Below, one piece after another: positions 42,685-52,702 of a stretch of 64,000 nucleotides of DNA (positions within the stretch are counted from its first letter, which is position 1; every line of letters starts with the position of its first letter). The DNA comes from a virus (Duplodnaviria; Caudoviricetes). The notes under the pieces are model-generated. The model was not told the origin of the DNA and searched no databases. It was given only the letters and a program-made list of their open reading frames with translations. The translations under genes and the position numbers were made by a program. The stretch is taken from positions 10,482-74,481 of IMG/VR virus record IMGVR_UViG_3300020049_014895. One strand, given 5' to 3'.

Positions 42685-45336
42685 TTATTTTTTTGCTGGA
42701 ACCTTTTCTTTCGGCTTCACCTTAGCAGCTAAAACAATTTGCTCTGACTTGCTGTCGTGATCCTGATATCCCCTTTGGATGTTGCTTTCATGATCAACCA
42801 TTTTCTCTCTAATCTTCCCTTCATGAGCAATAGTTTCCTTAGCCAAAGTTACTTGCCCAGCGATTTTCGCAACCTCTTTCTTGCCTTCATTAATTGTCTC
42901 TTGGACACCTGTAGCCTTATCGCTATTAATATAAGCGACAATCTCTGCCCCATTGTTTTTAAGTGATTGCAACTGCATCTGCAAATCAAATTCGAAACGA
43001 GCCTTCTCAATATCGGCATTTTTTTGAGCTTCTATTAGTGCAATTTTATTTGCGGTTACAATTTTATCAAGTTCAGCATTAGACTGAGCGGCAACTTGCG
43101 CAGACTGCATCTGCATCTGACCATTAGCCTCTATGTCAGCCATTTTGCTAGCCTCTGCATTTTTACGATTCTTTTCCTCAAGCAAAACCATTAATTGAGC
43201 CGCAGACTTTACATCCTCCTTTAATACAGCCCGAACGCGAACAACATCAGACGGCATCAACACTCCTTGCTCAATTCCAAGATTAATCAAACCCTCAAGT
43301 TGCATGCGCTCCTCATCGTCAGGAAGCATTTCAATATCTATGGCAAACTGATTAAAAGCAATCTTTTTACCATAATTAAGCGTTTCTGTAGAGTACGCAC
43401 CAATGGCGCCAATAAAAGCTTCGTTATTATAAGCAATAGAATCCTGTATCATCAATGCAATTCTGCGAACCTGGCGGACAATCAAATCATTTGCATACGT
43501 AAAAATAGGTCGCAATGCATTGTTAGAAGCTTGAACCGCCATCTTCTGAGTACCAACTAAAGCCTCAGAATCGGGAGAGCTTGCATCAACAGCAGAATTA
43601 TATCCGATTACATCATTCATCTTTTGCAACTCATTATTATATGCAGCAAATAACACAGCAAAATCTTTCCCGATACCATTCTCTAACGGATCAATAACTC
43701 GTCCGTTAATCGCCTGCCCATTCTTGTCTCGACTTCTGAAAGTATATGAACCAGTTTGCTCATACATCTTTGTAATTTCAATGGCGTCCATTTTTGCATT
43801 ATTAGGATTTCCCATTCCAGCAACAATGGTATCCATCCCCTCCAAATCAATCGCCACACCCGGAGGTTTAGCCTTAATTAACAATTGCTGAGTCTTCAGA
43901 TTAATTAAGTTGATTTGATCCTCATGAGGAATCATTCTTTCTACCAAAGATTTATTCTCCATATCATAAATACCGGGAGCAATAATAACTATTGGCAATT
44001 CTGTTTTCGGGGAGTAACTTCCGGAAATATTTTCTCGATCAATATTCTCTGACATCTTATATTGCCAAATAAATTCTGTTCCAGGAATCCACTTTCCTTC
44101 ATATCGATACTGAACCTGCTTGTTTATAACTTCTAATGAAGATTGCTTTTTATCATTCTTAATCTTTGCAAAATACTTTTGAGCATCCACCATAGTTTTA
44201 GCCACAGCCTTCCCGACTTCCATGGCTTCGCCCTTTATCCCCCACTTAGAACCATTATCTACTATAACAATAGTTTCGGGGGAAACCTCGCCTGTAAATT
44301 TATCCGATTTCTTATCAAAGAAAAATCCACCCTTTGGATTTATTTTTTTAGTTCGAACTTCTTTGTTAATAGAAAGAAAAAAGAACTCCATCACCGTAAT
44401 ATTGAAATTGTAATAAGGTCGAGATGCTGTTAAGCCATCATTATCGTAGTACCCCTCATAACTATTAGACCAACTCCAAATTGGATTATTGTTTTTGCCG
44501 GCTTGTGTTTTTGCAATCTCAAACAATTGCTCCTCAGTAAACGATGGATTCATTTGAGCCAACTCTCCAATCTGATATTGTTTTAAAACAGCCTGATACG
44601 GAATATTATGAAAATCCTCATACTTACTATAAGGAGTAATTAAATCAACAGGATCTACATACTCATAACGAATATTTTTTTGTTCATCGTAATAGCGATA
44701 GGTTGCAGCCCGCTTCAAGACAATTAAGTCGCGAATAATCTTCCTTCTTATTGTCTCTGCATCATTATTAATGAAGACAAACTTAATTGCCTTTTCCATT
44801 GCAATCGATGCCGCTGGCTTATACTTTAATTTCAAATCTAATTCCGCCTCTTCATCTGACCCAGGAACGCTTCTCCCCTTATTTATCAATGGAATGCCTG
44901 TAATCTTTTCTGTTTCATCGGAAAATTGTTTCAAGAACATATCCGCATAAAGTTCCGCGCGATGTTTGTCGTACTGAGTTTTAGACTCCGGATCAATTGG
45001 ATTACACTGAATCTTATAATTTTGATTCATCATCTTGCCTACAATGTTATCAACGATTGTAGCAATTCTGTTTACAGGGGAGAAGTCGAGATTAAGATAA
45101 GATGTATCGCCATTCAAGTCAAGACGATCCTTGTATTTCTGAATAGACTCAAGACCTTCTGCATATTTCCTGTTTATAATATCTCGCTGTCTTCGAGTAT
45201 TAAACAGTGTGCTGTTTTTAGAGTACTCCGACCATATCGCCCGTGCATAACGCAACCCATAACTATCTTTTGCCTTCTCGTCTCTTGTCGCTGTAAATGA
45301 TGGGAATGTCGAAATATTTTTGTCGTCTAATGCCAT
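42685..45336 (-). CDS. Portal protein (crAss-like)
   Basis: YGLRYARAIW...RKYAEGLESIQKYKDRL...SYLNLDFSPV and KSLVERMIPHEDQINL patterns; 883 aa. Confidence 0.88.
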   Translation of the reverse strand: MALDDKNISTFPSFTATRDEKAKDSYGLRYARAIWSEYSKNSTLFNTRRQRDIINRKYAEGLESIQKYKDRLDLNGDTSYLNLDFSPVNRIATIVDNIVGKMMNQNYKIQCNPIDPESKTQYDKHRAELYADMFLKQFSDETEKITGIPLINKGRSVPGSDEEAELDLKLKYKPAASIAMEKAIKFVFINNDAETIRRKIIRDLIVLKRAATYRYYDEQKNIRYEYVDPVDLITPYSKYEDFHNIPYQAVLKQYQIGELAQMNPSFTEEQLFEIAKTQAGKNNNPIWSWSNSYEGYYDNDGLTASRPYYNFNITVMEFFFLSINKEVRTKKINPKGGFFFDKKSDKFTGEVSPETIVIVDNGSKWGIKGEAMEVGKAVAKTMVDAQKYFAKIKNDKKQSSLEVINKQVQYRYEGKWIPGTEFIWQYKMSENIDRENISGSYSPKTELPIVIIAPGIYDMENKSLVERMIPHEDQINLINLKTQQLLIKAKPPGVAIDLEGMDTIVAGMGNPNNAKMDAIEITKMYEQTGSYTFRSRDKNGQAINGRVIDPLENGIGKDFAVLFAAYNNELQKMNDVIGYNSAVDASSPDSEALVGTQKMAVQASNNALRPIFTYANDLIVRQVRRIALMIQDSIAYNNEAFIGAIGAYSTETLNYGKKIAFNQFAIDIEMLPDDEERMQLEGLINLGIEQGVLMPSDVVRVRAVLKEDVKSAAQLMVLLEEKNRKNAEASKMADIEANGQMQMQSAQVAAQSNAELDKIVTANKIALIEAQKNADIEKARFEFDLQMQLQSLKNNGAEIVAYINSDKATGVQETINEGKKEVAKIAGQVTLAKETIAHEGKIREKMVDHESNIQRGYQDHDSKSEQIVLAAKVKPKEKVPAKK

Positions 45337-45354
45337 TTATGGGAAATTTGAAAA

Positions 45355-45392
45355 CAAATATAAATTATTATTTAGAATGATTATAAATTAGA
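45355..45392 (-). promoter_or_regulatory. Late promoter, copy 5: 23-bp operator + 7 nt + TATATTTG
   Basis: Motif at 45370-45392; -7 box at 45355-45362; heads the entire late arm. Confidence 0.85.
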
Positions 45393-45450
45393 CGCAAAAT
45401 AAACCCTATCAGTTTTGTTATTATAAATTTATTTTATTACATTTGCCAAC

Positions 45451-45642
45451 ATGATTTACAACCAAGAACAAGCACTATACGAAATATTTTGGGAAAACGA
45501 AAAAGCTCTTTCTCCAAAATATTATGTATATAAATCAAGGCTAAGAAAAGGATTGCTTTCGCAAAAAAAAATTGAAGAAATTCTTGCAGAAAATAAATTC
45601 TCTATAACACAAAAAACCCTTTATAAAAAAAGCAAAAAATAG
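45451..45642 (+). CDS. Small hypothetical protein
   Basis: Preceded by a TACATTTG box; divergent from portal. Confidence 0.6.
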   Translation: MIYNQEQALYEIFWENEKALSPKYYVYKSRLRKGLLSQKKIEEILAENKFSITQKTLYKKSKK

Positions 45643-46013
45643 TGTACTATCATATTGAGAAAATATTATTTATAAAGGTGGAGGTGTCGCAAAAAATTTA
45701 CGACAAAGCCATAAAAAATAAACTAAAAGAGGTGCCTCTTCCATACACAACAAAGTGGCAAGAAGATATTCATCGAGATAATAAATTCATCCGACTAACA
45801 ACACAAGGAGCATACGTTGATCTAAATATAAAAAAAATATACATTGACAAAGAAATTATCGTTCAAATAGGATCTGTAATAGACTTTGATAGGCAAAAGA
45901 TGCACCAATACACAAACCTTAAAAACGGAAACATATGCACCGCAACAACCGTTCAGGGCGCAGCAGATTTTTTTAAAGTAAACCTAAGACACATAAAAAA
46001 AGTAAAACCATGA
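45642..46013 (+). CDS. Hypothetical protein (GTG start)
   Basis: Coupled to both neighbours. Confidence 0.5.
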   Translation: MYYHIEKILFIKVEVSQKIYDKAIKNKLKEVPLPYTTKWQEDIHRDNKFIRLTTQGAYVDLNIKKIYIDKEIIVQIGSVIDFDRQKMHQYTNLKNGNICTATTVQGAADFFKVNLRHIKKVKP

Positions 46014-46756
46014 CAACTAAAACTAAAGAAGTACGTATTGGAGCGATATCGCTTAACAATAACGGAAGCAATGGACTTGTAGTAAAATACGAGCAAACAG
46101 AAATCAGAAACAACCGAGAATTCTTTACTGAATACTCCGCAAAGAAAAAGTTTCCTATTCACCAGGAACTAAACGACAAGTTCCTCGAACTTATTCCTTT
46201 CTTATTGGAGTTATGTAACTACGAATCGGATGCAGCACTCATTAACGGGACCAAAATTGTTGCCGTTAAATACAACGACACCGGATTTGTGCTTTCCGGG
46301 AAAATGTCTGCAATCGCTGAAAAAGAATTCGCCATCAACACTCCTTTAATTACAGAGGACGATGGGTACCCCAATTTCGCGAAAGTATCGGAAATTTTAA
46401 ACGATATCTACTCTGAGACAAAAGAGTACATGGAAGGCAAGAAAGTGCTCTCAGACATCCAATACGTGATAAATCTGAATAAAGGCAATGCCAACTTCGA
46501 TGCTAAAACATTCGAAAGTCTTTCGCAAGAAGAGCAATGGAAAATCGCCTCCGACTTTATGGAGAAAAACAAATGCATCGTTACAAAGATTGACGACATA
46601 GAAGAAGGCGAAGAAGAAGGTGAGCCAGTAATATTCGATGAAGAACCATCGATCGAAGTGAAAACCCCGGAAGTGAAATCAAACATCGCTGACGAAGATT
46701 TTATTCCAACACTTGAACCGGTTAAGGAATCTACAGCTAAAAAGAAAGTAGGATAA
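46010..46756 (+). CDS. Hypothetical protein with acidic C-terminus
   Basis: 248-aa ORF within the operon. Confidence 0.75.
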   Translation: MTTKTKEVRIGAISLNNNGSNGLVVKYEQTEIRNNREFFTEYSAKKKFPIHQELNDKFLELIPFLLELCNYESDAALINGTKIVAVKYNDTGFVLSGKMSAIAEKEFAINTPLITEDDGYPNFAKVSEILNDIYSETKEYMEGKKVLSDIQYVINLNKGNANFDAKTFESLSQEEQWKIASDFMEKNKCIVTKIDDIEEGEEEGEPVIFDEEPSIEVKTPEVKSNIADEDFIPTLEPVKESTAKKKVG

Positions 46757-47554
46757 ATGATCAAAGGCCTTGATAACTACGTAACGCTTGAACCCGAAAG
46801 CCATATCTATACAGATAAGGACGGAGGGCAATATTTAAGCGTCTCAAAATTCCTTGAACTTTTCTCGAAAAAGTTTGATAGAATGGGAATATCCAAAATG
46901 TCGGCAATAAAAAAAGGTATCTCTCAAGAAGAGATACTTGCCGATTGGGATAAAAAAAGAGACGACTCTATTGACCACGGAAATCGGGTGCACCACGCAT
47001 TAGAACGATACGAGCAATCAATGGTGATACTTCCGGAAGATGAAGACCTAAGGCCAATGATTCTTTCTGTTACAAAGCAATACGCCCATTACTACAGATG
47101 CTACCAAGAGGTCTGCCTATATGATTCAGAACACATGATTGCCGGAACATCCGACAAAGTTTTACAATGCACCTCTCACCCAAAATCTGTTTTTGATTTA
47201 TCTGATTACAAAACTAACCTATCGAAAGGGATACAATTTAAAAACGATTACGGACAATACATGCTTGGCCCACTTTCGCACCTTCAAGATTGCAACTACA
47301 ACAAATATGCGTTACAATTAAGCATCTATTCATATTTGCTACAAAAGAAAACTGGATGCAAAATAGGTCAGCTATCAATCCATTATATTCCGGCACACAA
47401 TGGCCTGTATAACATAAAATATCCCGTACCATATATGAAGATGGAAGTTGAGGCGATGCTTAAATGGAAGCAGGAAAATCCTATAATCTTAAATTCAAAA
47501 CCGGCACCGCAGAAAAATTCCCTTAACCACATTCAAACAGATTGGACACTATGA
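46757..47554 (+). CDS. PD-(D/E)XK exonuclease
   Basis: YLSVSK...HGNRVH..LE...EVCLYD...IAGTSD...DYKTN...YALQLSIY motifs. Confidence 0.85.
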   Translation: MIKGLDNYVTLEPESHIYTDKDGGQYLSVSKFLELFSKKFDRMGISKMSAIKKGISQEEILADWDKKRDDSIDHGNRVHHALERYEQSMVILPEDEDLRPMILSVTKQYAHYYRCYQEVCLYDSEHMIAGTSDKVLQCTSHPKSVFDLSDYKTNLSKGIQFKNDYGQYMLGPLSHLQDCNYNKYALQLSIYSYLLQKKTGCKIGQLSIHYIPAHNGLYNIKYPVPYMKMEVEAMLKWKQENPIILNSKPAPQKNSLNHIQTDWTL

Positions 47555-47942
47555 GAAACTTCATCAAGCAAAATCTCGCCAACCGATTCCGGCCGGATCC
47601 AAAACCAGAAAAAGTAATAAAGCCAAAAAAGAAATATTCCTTTAAGAAAAAACCTACCGGAGAAGCCCAAGTTTTCGAAAAGATTTGGAACGAAAGACCT
47701 CATTTCTGTCAAATATGCTTTACGCCAATTCCCGAAGCATCTCCATCCAACTTCATGCATGTGCTCGCTAAAGGCCTTAACAAGTACCCTAAATTCAAAT
47801 TAAACCCGCAAACATCGCCCTCGCATGCTCCGATTGTCACCACATCTGGGATAACGCTCGCCACAAAGCAAACACTCCAGAATGGAAATGGGTGCACGAA
47901 TTGGAACTATCTCTAAAACAGCAATATAGCAAAATTTCGTAA
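47551..47942 (+). pseudogene. HNH endonuclease split by a -1 frameshift near 47810
   Basis: CQIC...MHVLAKG...KLNPQ continues in the -1 frame as NIALACSDCHHIWD...* (stop 47940-47942), completing the HNH/Zn motif. Confidence 0.75.
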
Positions 47943-48009
47943 AAATATTACTAAAATAGTTTGCGTAATTCGTAACTTTTTTATTAATTTGCATGTATAA
48001 TAATCAAAT

Positions 48010-48450
48010 ATGAAAAACAGAAACCTACCACACAGCGACAATTGGGCAACGCCTTCTTATTTTTACGACCCGCTTAATGCGGAATTTAATTTCGACTTCG
48101 ATCCTTGCCCTTTATGCTACGAAACAATTCCGCAAGAACGAAATGGCCTTTTAATTGAATGGGGGCGAGCCAACTTCATTAACCCTCCATATTCAAAAGA
48201 GCTTAAAACGCCATTTATCCTAAAAGCAATAGAAGAAAGCAAAAAAGGAAAACTTTGCGTAATGCTTTTGCCGGTATCAACATCTACAAAACTTTTTCAT
48301 GACATAATTCTTCCAAACATTTCCGAGCCAATCCGATTCGTTAAAGGAAGAATAAAATTTATAGGACACAACACTAAAGGAGAATTAGTATCAAACAAAT
48401 CTCCAATGCACGATTCAATGATCGTAATTTTTGATGGAAGAAATAAATGA
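48010..48450 (+). CDS. Phage DNA N6-adenine methyltransferase (Dam-like phage family)
   Basis: WATP...EFNFDFDPC...NFINPPYS...LLPVSTST...RFVKGRIKF. Confidence 0.85.
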   Translation: MKNRNLPHSDNWATPSYFYDPLNAEFNFDFDPCPLCYETIPQERNGLLIEWGRANFINPPYSKELKTPFILKAIEESKKGKLCVMLLPVSTSTKLFHDIILPNISEPIRFVKGRIKFIGHNTKGELVSNKSPMHDSMIVIFDGRNK

Positions 48451-48752
48451 AAATCATCGTACCCAAAATAGAATACGTCCAAGCCGGCATCACCATCGCT
48501 ATGAGAAAAAAACATTCTCCGGCACTAACCGTCTTAGCCGAACTCATCCGGCTTAACGAAACTGGAGAAATACCGAAGGCTGCATCCCTTCACAAGCACT
48601 TCTCCAAACAATTTAACATCAAGCAATCGAAATTCAATAAAATTATTGCCGATCTTATTAACGATGAAATTATCGCCCGGAAACAAAACACAATAACATT
48701 CTGCCCAGAACTTACCAAACCTACAAACAAAATATTAATACAACAAGCATAA
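48447..48752 (+). CDS. Hypothetical protein, possible winged HTH
   Basis: SKFNKIIADLINDEIIARK resembles a winged-helix recognition segment. Confidence 0.55.
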   Translation: MKIIVPKIEYVQAGITIAMRKKHSPALTVLAELIRLNETGEIPKAASLHKHFSKQFNIKQSKFNKIIADLINDEIIARKQNTITFCPELTKPTNKILIQQA

Positions 48753-49429
48753 TGGAAAACATCATCGGATACATTAGAGTGTCAACAGGAGACCAAGAAA
48801 ACTCCCTCGAACTTCAAGAAAAAGCAATCAGACAATATTGCTCCTTCAGAGAGCTTAACCTTACCGAAATATTCATCGACCAAGATGTCTCCGGATTCAA
48901 ACAATTCGAATCAAGAGAAGGTGGAAAAAATCTATCCGCCAAACTTAACCTCACCAAAAACATCGTTGCCGTTAAGCCCGATCGACTATTCCGAAATACA
49001 ATCGATGGCCTCACCACAGTCGATAAATGGAACGACAAAGGTATCTCCCTACACATCGTTGACATGGGAGGAGTAGCCCTTAACACCAAAACAGCCATCG
49101 GAAGACTTCTATTTACCACACTGATATCTTTCTCCCAATTTGAACGAGATATCACCGGAGAGCGCGTCAAATCAATTCTAAACGATAAGAAATCTTCTAA
49201 GAAAATATACTGCTCGGACGTCTTCGGATTCGATAAAAACAATGGAGAACTCATCCCAAACCCAGCTGAACAACAAATATTATCCGAAATTAAACGCCTC
49301 ACCGAAACCGGTAAAGGACCATCCTTCATCGCCAGATACCTCAATAGCAACAACCACAAATCCAAAACAGGTGGTAAATTCTATCAATCTACCATAAACT
49401 ACATCGTCAAAAATTCTTTATACAACTAA
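48752..49429 (+). CDS. Serine recombinase (resolvase catalytic domain plus short C-terminal DNA-binding domain)
   Basis: GYIRVST..Q, DQDVSG, KPDRLFRN and SQFERDITGERVK motifs. Confidence 0.92.
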   Translation: MENIIGYIRVSTGDQENSLELQEKAIRQYCSFRELNLTEIFIDQDVSGFKQFESREGGKNLSAKLNLTKNIVAVKPDRLFRNTIDGLTTVDKWNDKGISLHIVDMGGVALNTKTAIGRLLFTTLISFSQFERDITGERVKSILNDKKSSKKIYCSDVFGFDKNNGELIPNPAEQQILSEIKRLTETGKGPSFIARYLNSNNHKSKTGGKFYQSTINYIVKNSLYN

Positions 49430-49433
49430 AAAT

Positions 49434-50819
49434 ATGATAAAAATAGGAACTGTATGTAGTGGAATCGGTAGTCCGGAACAAGCAATCAAAGAACTCAACA
49501 TCGACCACGAAATAGTCTTCGCTGCCGAAATAGACAAATACGCCAAACAAACATATCTCGCTAACTTCTCCCCTAAGTTCATGCTTAACGACATGACAAC
49601 CGAAGACTGGAGCCGACCGGAATTGTATTGCGATGTGTTTTTGGGCGGGATACCTTGTCAATCATTTTCTCTCGCTGGGAAGAGATTGGGGGAATTAGAT
49701 CCGAGAGGATTGTTGTTTTATAACTTTTATGATTATGTGAAGAAGCAGAGGCCGAAATATTTTGTGATAGAGAATGTAAAAGGGTTGTTGAGCGCTGCCG
49801 GTGGCAGGACGTTTCAGAATTGGTTGGATTTACTTGGCCAGAGTGTGAATAATCAGCATAATATGTTTGTGCATGATGATAGCTTGGGATATAATTTGCA
49901 TTGGGAGGTGTTGAATAGTAAGGATTATGGAGTACCTCAGAATCGGGAGAGAGTGTTTTTGGTAGGGATTAGGGAGGATTTAGCGAATGATTTTAGATTC
50001 CCGGTAGGTTGGAAGCTGGATAAGAGGTTAAAGGATGTGTTGGAGCCGGTAGTTGATGAGAAGTATTATTTGAGTGATAAGATGCTGGAGGGGTTTTTAA
50101 ATAAAAATGAAGAAAGTAAAGAGAAGGGTAACGGATTTAATTTCCGCCCAAAAGAAGATGACGAAATTGGCTCGTGCATTACTGTACGAGTGTTTAAGAT
50201 GGGAGTTGATGATAATTATATAAAAGTCCCAGAGGCAACAAAAAAAGGCTTCGATATCGCCACTGAAGGAGACTCCATTAATCTTTCTAATCCTAATAGT
50301 GAAACCCGAAGAGGCCGTGTTGGCAAGCAGATTGCCAACACTCTTGAGACATCTTGTAATCAAGCGGTAGTGGAACCATTCTGCGTTGCCATGCGAGGAC
50401 GTAATCCCGAAAACCCCTCCGACAGAACTACCGGAGCACCTACCGAACAAAGACTCGAACCAAACACAAATGGTGTTGACAACACCATTACTTCCGTGCA
50501 AAAAGATAATCTGATTGTGGAGCCGAAACTTGAAAAGGTAGCGCAAATACAAGGTAAACATGAAAGTAGTGGGAGAATCTATTCTCCCACCGGACTATCT
50601 CCTACCATAACAGCCAAGCAAGGTGGTGGACATGAGCCATTCACTCAAATTAAAAACCGTATACGTAGACTTACCCCGCTCGAATGCTTCAGGCTTCAAG
50701 GATTTTCTGACTCATTCATTAAGCCCTGCAGCGATAGTCAGACTTATAAGCAAGCCGGAAACACCATCACCGTCAACGTCATTAAAGCAATCCTTAAAAA
50801 CCTCCTTAAAGCTCCCTAA
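49434..50819 (+). CDS. C5-cytosine DNA methyltransferase
   Basis: CSGIG.PE (motif I), GGIPCQSFS (IV), VIENVKGL (VI), VPQNRERVF (VIII), RRLTPLECFRLQGF (IX) and YKQAGN (X). Confidence 0.95.
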   Translation: MIKIGTVCSGIGSPEQAIKELNIDHEIVFAAEIDKYAKQTYLANFSPKFMLNDMTTEDWSRPELYCDVFLGGIPCQSFSLAGKRLGELDPRGLLFYNFYDYVKKQRPKYFVIENVKGLLSAAGGRTFQNWLDLLGQSVNNQHNMFVHDDSLGYNLHWEVLNSKDYGVPQNRERVFLVGIREDLANDFRFPVGWKLDKRLKDVLEPVVDEKYYLSDKMLEGFLNKNEESKEKGNGFNFRPKEDDEIGSCITVRVFKMGVDDNYIKVPEATKKGFDIATEGDSINLSNPNSETRRGRVGKQIANTLETSCNQAVVEPFCVAMRGRNPENPSDRTTGAPTEQRLEPNTNGVDNTITSVQKDNLIVEPKLEKVAQIQGKHESSGRIYSPTGLSPTITAKQGGGHEPFTQIKNRIRRLTPLECFRLQGFSDSFIKPCSDSQTYKQAGNTITVNVIKAILKNLLKAP

Positions 50820-50982
50820 AAAGAGCTTTTTTTATGGACAAATATAAAAACATATTTAATTTTTATTATATTTGCATCACTGATTCACTATGAAAACATT
50901 AAAAAGTCCTATCATTTACATTGCCAATAGTTGCATCCTGCAATAAGTGGATCAGTCTTTGTATTTGGTAGGCACTTTTATT

Positions 50983-51564
50983 ATGCAAAATTATATTAAA
51001 ACATCTGATATTTCTAAGGAATTTTATTGTAACATAGCTATAGTTAATAAACTCATAAAAGACTTTAGAATACCACACAATCAAGAACAAGCTGGAAACT
51101 TATTAGTAGAAAAAGAAGTATTTGAAATACTAAAAAAAACAAGAGACCACTATAATAGCAGAATTATTGACATAGAAACACTTAAAAAGCACAGAACAAA
51201 ATTAATTCCATTCAATAATAAAGCATATATTTATTTCTTATTTAATGACGAAGAACTGATATACATCGGACAATCAATTAGTGTAGCTGGAAGAATTGAT
51301 ACGCATAATAAAAGTAAAAAATTTAATTATGTAACTCTTATATCTGTTCCAGAAAAAATATTAAATATTGTTGAAATGGTTTATATTGGAAAATACAAAC
51401 CTGAGTTAAATACAACAGGAACTGAAAACGGAGTGTCATTAAGTCAAATTTTTACTGAAGCATATAACGATAGACCAAAAAAATATGCCCATGTAATATA
51501 CGATCCAATACCAATTAATAACGAAGAATACTCCGAAATAGATTACAACGAATTTCAATACTAA
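50983..51564 (+). CDS. GIY-YIG nuclease-domain protein with possible N-terminal DNA-binding domain
   Basis: YIYFLFNDEELIYIGQS...RIDTH...EMVYIGKYKPELN; AT-rich. Confidence 0.7.
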   Translation: MQNYIKTSDISKEFYCNIAIVNKLIKDFRIPHNQEQAGNLLVEKEVFEILKKTRDHYNSRIIDIETLKKHRTKLIPFNNKAYIYFLFNDEELIYIGQSISVAGRIDTHNKSKKFNYVTLISVPEKILNIVEMVYIGKYKPELNTTGTENGVSLSQIFTEAYNDRPKKYAHVIYDPIPINNEEYSEIDYNEFQY

Positions 51565-51916
51565 AAAAATTCTTTACAGGTATTGAGGGAGGGGATAACC
51601 CCCAGGCAAGCGGGGGGACCTAAACAAATCCCAAACAAAAACCTTTCGACCGGGTGCCCTCTCTTTCGTTTAACTTTTCAGTTTCAAATTACACTAAAAT
51701 TCAATAGAATCAAGGCTTTCAAGCTAATTTCTAACTAAACAAAGTAACCTTGTTTTGTTTATTCCTTCTAAATGATCTAACTAATTGCATAAAATAGCAA
51801 CTAATTTCCTTGCTCGAATCCCTTTGTTTGCATATCTTTGTACACAAATAAAAGAAGTTTCCGCTGTCCGTTATCCTTGGATAGCTACTAATAACGAATA
51901 CTAAAATTTACTTTGA

Positions 51917-52216
51917 ATGGCGAAGTACTATGTAAGCAAGCGATTAAATCCTATATTGTTTCATGCTCAACGTTTAGGATACTCTAAGCAGGATATTTGT
52001 AATCATTTAGGCTGTGAGGGAAAGACCTTGGACAAGTGGATTGCGAACCCTTCAAACATAACCTTTAAGCATTTGATTATTTTTAGTGGCTTATATGGTA
52101 TTCCTTTGGAGGAATTTGTTTGGCTGCTATCCAGGAACAAGGCAAATGTAAGTGAATCCGGTAAATGGTTTTTGGAAGAGATAAGAGAGAGGAATAAGGA
52201 AGAAGAATCTATTTAA
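51917..52216 (+). CDS. XRE-like helix-turn-helix regulator
   Basis: GYSKQDICNHLGCEGKTLDKWIANP...YGIPLEEF; preceded by a TATCTTTG box. Confidence 0.7.
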   Translation: MAKYYVSKRLNPILFHAQRLGYSKQDICNHLGCEGKTLDKWIANPSNITFKHLIIFSGLYGIPLEEFVWLLSRNKANVSESGKWFLEEIRERNKEEESI

Positions 52217-52479
52217 GTGTTTTTTGTTTATGGCTTTTTTTTGTTTGTTGTTTGTTTCTTACTATGTATAAAAGTTCTTTGATTATTTGGGCGATTGCCC
52301 GCGGTCGCTGTCGCGCCCTCGTTCACCGGGCTATTCATTCAATCTTTTGTTCGTACCTCACAAAAGGATTTTCTTTCTATCCCTATCGCAAAACCGCGAA
52401 ACATTTTTAACGTTTTTTATTTAATCGTAAATTTATTACTATTTTCGTTTGTGATATTCGTAATTATTTTACGAAAGTT

Positions 52480-52623
52480 TTATATAGCGTCCAAATATTC
52501 TTTTAGAGCCTTGTTGACAGAATTTATATAAGCCTCTTTTAGTTCGTTTCTTCCCCATCCTGTTTTTGTGGCAAGTTTCTCAAAAAATAATTCTTGGATT
52601 CTATCTAATATAAATTTATTCAT
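52480..52623 (-). CDS. Small hypothetical protein
   Basis: MNKFILDRIQELFFEKLATKTGWGRNE...; downstream of the replication initiator. Confidence 0.55.
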   Translation of the reverse strand: MNKFILDRIQELFFEKLATKTGWGRNELKEAYINSVNKALKEYLDAI

Positions 52624-52702
52624 TTTTAAGCGATTTAAGAGCGTTTTATTTATTTGTGGCACAATGATGCGTTTAGATATAAAATAATTAATCTATATTC
52701 AA

